Origin: Candidatus Altimarinota bacterium
GTDB taxonomy: Bacteria; Patescibacteriota; Gracilibacteria; 1-14-2-50-48-13
DNA length: 64,000 nt
Assembly (NCBI GenBank): GCA_046314355.1
Contig: JBKBWQ010000001.1
Location: 992,001-1,056,000 of the forward strand
Direction: 5' to 3'
Shown: piece after piece, positions 58,916-64,000 of the stretch
How positions within the stretch are numbered: position 1 is the first letter of the stretch
Layout: each line of letters begins with the position of its first letter
Made by a program: the position numbers and the translations under genes
The notes under the pieces: generated by a model
Databases searched by the model: none
Seen by the model: the letters and a program-made list of their open reading frames with translations, nothing else
Told to the model about the DNA's origin: nothing

Positions 58916-59722
58916 TTATGCAAGAAAGAAGGCATTCTGATACCAATCAAGAATACCTGGTGCAAAGAAGTATGCAACTAAAGCTCCAAAACACAAGAAA
59001 GGAGCAAATGGTATAGTAGCTTTAGGTTTATCCTTTAGTAAAACTATATATAGACTATAAAGTGCTCCACTAAATATAGCTGCGTACAGCGCAACAATAC
59101 TATGACCTAGACCAAGGAAACTTCCAAGGAACATTCCAAGATAGATATCTCCTTCTCCAAATGCTTCTTTTTTAAATAAAAGTTTTCCTCCGACTCTAAA
59201 TAAAATAAAGACAGACAGAAAAAATATTATTCCAGAAAGGCTTTCCATAAATGACAGTGGCATTCCCAGAACTGCTGAACTCACTATATAAAATCCAGTG
59301 GCAATGAGTAGCCCTCCAATAGGAAATGCCTGAATATAAATATCAACAATACTAATGTAGACAAGTATAGACACAAATATTAAAACAAGAACAAGCTTAA
59401 TAATGGCCGTTATCTCAAAGGTAAGCAACACGTCCGTAAGAAGAGAAGTTCCAGCAATAACAAAGAGTAGAGCTGTTACACTTTCTACAAAAATATAGAG
59501 AAGAGAAATATTTTCACCGCAGGTTCGGCATTTTCCTTTATAGAAAATAAAACTAAGAATTGGCACCAAATCTACTGCTTCCAGTGTACGTCTGCAGCTC
59601 ATGCATGCGGACCTTCCCCATGCATCTATCTCATGTTCATTGATCACCCGGAAAGCACGGGCAGCCATATAGCTTCCAATACATGCTCCAAGAAGTGCTA
59701 AAAAGATAATTGTAATAATCAT
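58916..59722 (-). CDS. pilD: Type IV prepilin peptidase
   Basis: RSACMSC, VPILSF...GKCRTC, IVD, FGEGD, IPFAPFL. Confidence 0.92.
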   Translation of the reverse strand: MIITIIFLALLGACIGSYMAARAFRVINEHEIDAWGRSACMSCRRTLEAVDLVPILSFIFYKGKCRTCGENISLLYIFVESVTALLFVIAGTSLLTDVLLTFEITAIIKLVLVLIFVSILVYISIVDIYIQAFPIGGLLIATGFYIVSSAVLGMPLSFMESLSGIIFFLSVFILFRVGGKLLFKKEAFGEGDIYLGMFLGSFLGLGHSIVALYAAIFSGALYSLYIVLLKDKPKATIPFAPFLCFGALVAYFFAPGILDWYQNAFFLA

Positions 59723-61206
59723 AATGATACTTGTTGAGTCGATAAATCATTATAGAGTTTCACAGCGTTATCTCCAATGCTTGTACCCTTACCTTTTTCA
59801 TACGCAGCATAGTAATGCACCTTTGCTTCGTCAGTTTTTCCTTCTATCTGATCAAGCTTACCAAGGTTGAGATACAGAGCAGCCATGCTTGGATCTCGTT
59901 TGATACCTCTTTCAAGAGCGGTGCGAGCCTCTTTTACCTTCCCAGCAGCCGTATATGCCCAGCCAAGGAGATTATCTGTCACTGCATTATTTGGAAACTG
60001 TTTCTCTGCAGTTAAAGCAAGTTCTAGCGCCTTTGAGGGCTGCTTTGTAGTCTCAATATAGATCCAGATTGGTTTTACATACGCATCTGGAGAAGCAGGC
60101 TTAGTTTTTGTAAATACTGTAGTGTACTGCTCTAAAGCTAAATCATAATTTTTATTATCAACATACAGATCTGCAAGACGGGATCTGACCTCTATTTCTT
60201 TTTCAAATTGATTACCCACAGCAAGCACATAGAAAGAAATAGCTTTTTCACGGTTTCCACGCCGGTCATGGGCAAGACCAAGTAAATACTGGATATATGC
60301 TTTTGTAGTATCAAGTGTATAAGCAGATTCCAAGGAGGCAAGACCTAGCGAATTCTTCCCAATAAGTAGATAATTGTAGCCTAAAAGTGTCCATGCATCT
60401 CTATAGGATTTATCCGCCAAAAGAATCTGCCGGAGGAGTGGAATAGCGAGTTCTGAATAACCTGCTTCAGTTATAGACTTGGCGTGGAGGGCTTTTAGAT
60501 ATCCATCAGAACCATCTTTAAAAGTTGAAAATACGAGATAGTGGTCTACTAATGCGTGAGCTATACTAGCTTCTTTACTTCCTGGTGCTTTTTCTTTTAC
60601 TTGATTACAATAATTCTCTGTCTCTTCCCGCGAATTTTTGTAAGCACTCAAGATACACTGCATATATAATTTCTGAACATTTGCCTCTGAAATACTAGAT
60701 AAACTCTCAGAGATATCATTTACCGCTTGTTCAGCATTTTTTTCATTCATCATGTGCATTTTTACATCGAGAGTTTTTATGCGCATTGATACATTTTGAG
60801 GATTTTTCTGAAGTAAGGCTGTATAAATTTCTACAGCTTTTTCATAATTTTTCATTTTCATAAAAATATTTGCTCTTTTTTGATCAACAAGTGCAATATC
60901 TGTAGTCTTTTCAGAGGCGCGAGTTAGAGCTGTGAGCGCCTTATCATAGATACCCTGAGCCTCATAGGCATCTGCTGCCTGTATAAGATCAGTAAATGAG
61001 CTTGAGCTTGTAGTAGGTTTGACTGGGGCACTATTCTGATTTGTAGAAAGAGTTACACCCGAATTAGTAAGTGGTAGCGCATTTATCGGTAATTCAATAA
61101 TAGGCTTTCCTATTTTCTGCGGAAAAAAAAGTACTAATACAGCTATAGCAACGATAGCTCCTGAGAGAATATAAAGAATAATATAAACGGAAACAGACTT
61201 ATTCAT
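59719..61206 (-). CDS. Membrane-anchored TPR protein
   Basis: N-terminal TM, low-complexity linker, multiple TPR-like repeats. Confidence 0.85.
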   Translation of the reverse strand: MNKSVSVYIILYILSGAIVAIAVLVLFFPQKIGKPIIELPINALPLTNSGVTLSTNQNSAPVKPTTSSSSFTDLIQAADAYEAQGIYDKALTALTRASEKTTDIALVDQKRANIFMKMKNYEKAVEIYTALLQKNPQNVSMRIKTLDVKMHMMNEKNAEQAVNDISESLSSISEANVQKLYMQCILSAYKNSREETENYCNQVKEKAPGSKEASIAHALVDHYLVFSTFKDGSDGYLKALHAKSITEAGYSELAIPLLRQILLADKSYRDAWTLLGYNYLLIGKNSLGLASLESAYTLDTTKAYIQYLLGLAHDRRGNREKAISFYVLAVGNQFEKEIEVRSRLADLYVDNKNYDLALEQYTTVFTKTKPASPDAYVKPIWIYIETTKQPSKALELALTAEKQFPNNAVTDNLLGWAYTAAGKVKEARTALERGIKRDPSMAALYLNLGKLDQIEGKTDEAKVHYYAAYEKGKGTSIGDNAVKLYNDLSTQQVSL

Positions 61207-62134
61207 AAACAGAAGGTAAGAAGCTCGATATGAAAAAATGTTCTACGGCGAGCTTTTTATTAATAAAAGAGGCAAAATCTTTCTTTAGCTGCAGCAGGTT
61301 CTTATGAACTCTTGTGAGCTCAGAGATAGTATCTTTATCTATTGTACTCATCTTGAACCGTTCTTCAATAGCCATCTCCATTTGGAAGAAAAAAATGTTT
61401 TTTCTAGAGAATACATTATCATCCTTTTCACTATCCTTTGCAGATAAATAAAGAAAATCCAGCATGATTATCCGCTCTGTAAGTGATTTCTTTTTATTAA
61501 ATACTTCCTTTGTATATTCACCTATCTGCTGCCAGACTTTATAAAAATCTTGATCCTGCAGTTTTGCAGCAAGTTCTATCTTTGATCCTATATTTTCCGT
61601 ATCAGGTATAAATGAAGAATACAGATCTTCAGTCATAGTACATGGTACCACTTGTACTCTAGAGATAATAGTAGGTAAAACTTCATAGACAGAACTTGTA
61701 GTGAGTAGAAAAAGGGTTTCCACCGGAGGTTCTTCGAGTATCTTTAAAAGAGCATTTGCAGCCTCATTATTGGCATTATGACTATTGAGACGTTCAATAT
61801 TTTCAATAATAACAATATGCCTTCTCCCTCGAGCAGACTGAGTAAGTTTTGTACGAAGTGTCTTTGACTCATCAATACTGATCCTCTCACCTGTATCAGG
61901 GAGAATATGCATATCAAAATTCTGCTGCAGAGATATTATCTGCGCATCATCAAGCTGAGCTGCTTTCATAGCAAAATACTTTGCCCAATAAATCTGACCT
62001 TCCCATAATCCGCCGGAGATCAAAAAAGCATGAGATCTTAAGTTATCCTGAGTGATTGCCTTTTCAAGCAATGATAGCGGATGCAATGGAGGAAGTTTTC
62101 TTAAGACATCTCCAATTATTGTTTCATATTCCAT
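61199..62134 (-). CDS. holB: DNA polymerase III delta' subunit-like
   Basis: HAFLISG, AANALLKILEEPP, LPTIISR. Confidence 0.85.
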   Translation of the reverse strand: MEYETIIGDVLRKLPPLHPLSLLEKAITQDNLRSHAFLISGGLWEGQIYWAKYFAMKAAQLDDAQIISLQQNFDMHILPDTGERISIDESKTLRTKLTQSARGRRHIVIIENIERLNSHNANNEAANALLKILEEPPVETLFLLTTSSVYEVLPTIISRVQVVPCTMTEDLYSSFIPDTENIGSKIELAAKLQDQDFYKVWQQIGEYTKEVFNKKKSLTERIIMLDFLYLSAKDSEKDDNVFSRKNIFFFQMEMAIEERFKMSTIDKDTISELTRVHKNLLQLKKDFASFINKKLAVEHFFISSFLPSVYE

Positions 62135-63399
62135 TCCTCAGATTGACGTACTAAAAGTGCAGAAGCATCTGCAGGGTTTTTCATAATAGCTTTAATAAAT
62201 CTTTCAAGACGCACTTTATTCTGAGATCCTTTCACCAGGATGATGTCCCCCTGTTCTCTCTGCTTTGCATAAAAAGATGCCGCCTGCAGAGCATCATCAA
62301 AAGCAAAGAACTGATCCTCTGGAAAACCTTGTTTTATTGCTTCTTTGGCAGCGATCTGAGGTCCAGGTCCTACCGTAATAAGCATATCTACATTTTCCGG
62401 TATAAATTTTCCTATTTGAGCATGGAGTTTATTACTCTGATCTCCTAACTCATTCATATTCCCAAACACAAATACTCTTCTCCCGCTTGTCATATTTCCC
62501 AAGAGACCTAATGCTTTTTCAACAGCAAGAGGAGAAGCATTATATGAACTATCTATAATAGTTGTAGCACCTTTTCCAGGTATAAGATTCATCCGTCCTG
62601 CAGGAAGACGGTAATCTAAAAGAGCTTTCTGTATCTTATCAGTAGTCATGCCAAGTCTATACGCAAGCATAATAGCAGGAAGCAGTACTTCCACATGCCA
62701 TGTGCCCAGGATAGGACAAGAAAACATTATCTTTTCTCCATTTATATCGCAGGTAAAAGAGAGACCTTGAATAGAGGATTCAATAGCGTCTTCTTCACCT
62801 ACTTGATGTGATACAGAATACAGTCCTAGCTCCGCAGGATTTTTATACTTTTTTATAAACTGCTGCTGATACGGATCATCTGCATTCATTAATATAAAAT
62901 TATCCTTCTTATGCGATACAGCTCTCTGCAGAATAACGTCTTCTTCAAACATAGCTTCAAGAGAAGGAAACTGTCCCTCAGAAAGATGATTCTCAGAAAT
63001 ACGGGTCATGACTGCAATATCCGGCACTACGATATCTAAAAGCACTTTCATATCCCCCGGCTGATCAGTACCCATTTCAAGGATAAGGAAATCTACCGGT
63101 TTTACATTTAAAAATGTCTTTTTAAATGCTCTAAACAATACTTTCAGCCAGGATTTTGCTGATCCTAGTCCGCTTTTTTCTTCTAAGATAGTAAGATATA
63201 TGCCAAAATCAGTATTATAACTTGAACTACTTTTTAACACTGTAAAATTTTTCCCTAAGATATGAGCAATAGCCTCTTTTGTAGAAGTTTTTCCTACAGA
63301 TCCAGAGATACCTATAATCATCGGAGAAAGCTTTTTAAGCCTCCTGCGTGCCACTACTCCTAAAAGTGAGAGAACTGCTTTGCGAAATATATCTTTCAT
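62116..63399 (-). CDS. murF: UDP-MurNAc-tripeptide:D-Ala-D-Ala ligase
   Basis: GSVGKTSTKE, SYNT, LEMG, GRM, DSSYNASP, MNELG, VKGSQ. Confidence 0.9.
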   Translation of the reverse strand: MKDIFRKAVLSLLGVVARRRLKKLSPMIIGISGSVGKTSTKEAIAHILGKNFTVLKSSSSYNTDFGIYLTILEEKSGLGSAKSWLKVLFRAFKKTFLNVKPVDFLILEMGTDQPGDMKVLLDIVVPDIAVMTRISENHLSEGQFPSLEAMFEEDVILQRAVSHKKDNFILMNADDPYQQQFIKKYKNPAELGLYSVSHQVGEEDAIESSIQGLSFTCDINGEKIMFSCPILGTWHVEVLLPAIMLAYRLGMTTDKIQKALLDYRLPAGRMNLIPGKGATTIIDSSYNASPLAVEKALGLLGNMTSGRRVFVFGNMNELGDQSNKLHAQIGKFIPENVDMLITVGPGPQIAAKEAIKQGFPEDQFFAFDDALQAASFYAKQREQGDIILVKGSQNKVRLERFIKAIMKNPADASALLVRQSEEWNMKQ

Positions 63400-63543
63400 G
63401 AATAATGAGAAAAAACGTGAGTACTTTCATGTTTACCTGAACACATGGAAATGTCTAGGAAAACTAGCCAATAAACTAAAGATAAATATTATTTTGCTCT
63501 CCCAATATACTCTGATACAATATTAGTACATTATTTTCTCCAC

Positions 63544-64000
63544 ATGAGCGCAAAAAAAGCACACGAAGCAATCGTGAACAAAAAGGCATATTTTGATTAT
63601 GAAGTTCTACATGAATTCGAAGCAGGAATTGTATTAGAAGGATCAGAAGTAAAATCTATACGAATCGGTAACGTAAATCTGAAGGGTAATTTTGTGCATT
63701 TCTGGAAAAACAGTTTCCATATAGAAAATATGCACATATCGCCATATAAGTATGCGGCTCAAGAAGTCATCAATCCTTTGAGACAGCGGCGTTTGCTTTT
63801 GAATAAAAAAGAAATTGATAAAATATTAGCTGAAATAAAGCAAAAAGGTATCTCTGCAGTAGTACTTGAGATTTATTTTAAAAAACGGCTTGTGAAGGCA
63901 AAGATCGGAGTAGTTCGTGGTAAGAAACTCTTTGATAAACGTGAAACTCTTAAGAAAAAAGAAGAGCAGCGTTCAACAGAACGTGCTCTAAAGTCTTTTC
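63544..64000 (+). CDS. smpB: SsrA-binding protein (stop codon beyond window)
   Basis: Hand translation NKKAYFDYE...EAGIVLEGSEVKSIR...GKKLFDKRE. Confidence 0.96.
   Translation, partial: MSAKKAHEAIVNKKAYFDYEVLHEFEAGIVLEGSEVKSIRIGNVNLKGNFVHFWKNSFHIENMHISPYKYAAQEVINPLRQRRLLLNKKEIDKILAEIKQKGISAVVLEIYFKKRLVKAKIGVVRGKKLFDKRETLKKKEEQRSTERALKSF

Noticed and set aside
1-64000. UGA-to-Gly recoding (code 25) as in some Gracilibacteria
   Set aside because: All conserved genes are uninterrupted under code 11, and TGA ends several genes (20141, 37754, 45162, 59719)
1-64000. CRISPR array, prophage, IS element, retron or DGR
   Set aside because: I saw no repeat-spacer array, integrase, transposase, reverse transcriptase or phage structural gene

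Overview
AT-rich bacterial chromosomal segment read with the standard code (all long ORFs are intact). Several traits suggest a Patescibacteria (CPR) genome, probably Gracilibacteria/Peregrinibacteria-like. This is inference from EF-Tu '[10 protein letters not shown]', a 74-aa Zn-type uS14, ThrRS without TGS domain, truncated MurF and no Shine-Dalgarno sites. Bases 1-8.8 kb hold tuf plus the S10/spc ribosomal protein cluster, with rpmC (uL29) missing. The rest is mostly housekeeping: rsmH-ftsL, uvrC, tRNA-Lys, rmuC, recJ, dnaE, pheS, radA, a HisRS homolog, a GldAFG-like ABC operon, valS, rfbB, thrS, comM, htpX-lemA, pilD, holB, murF and smpB. I saw no CRISPR array, integrase, transposase, reverse transcriptase or prophage. 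The best leads are: a HisRS homolog with altered substrate-binding motifs; a densely structured, possibly pseudoknotted intergenic RNA at 11.0-11.2 kb; a 1406-aa membrane protein with a pre-toxin-TG-like C-terminus; a low-GC islet encoding a GHMP-kinase-like/winged-helix protein plus a methyltransferase; and a uORF/hairpin leader upstream of thrS. All assignments were made by eye, without database searches.
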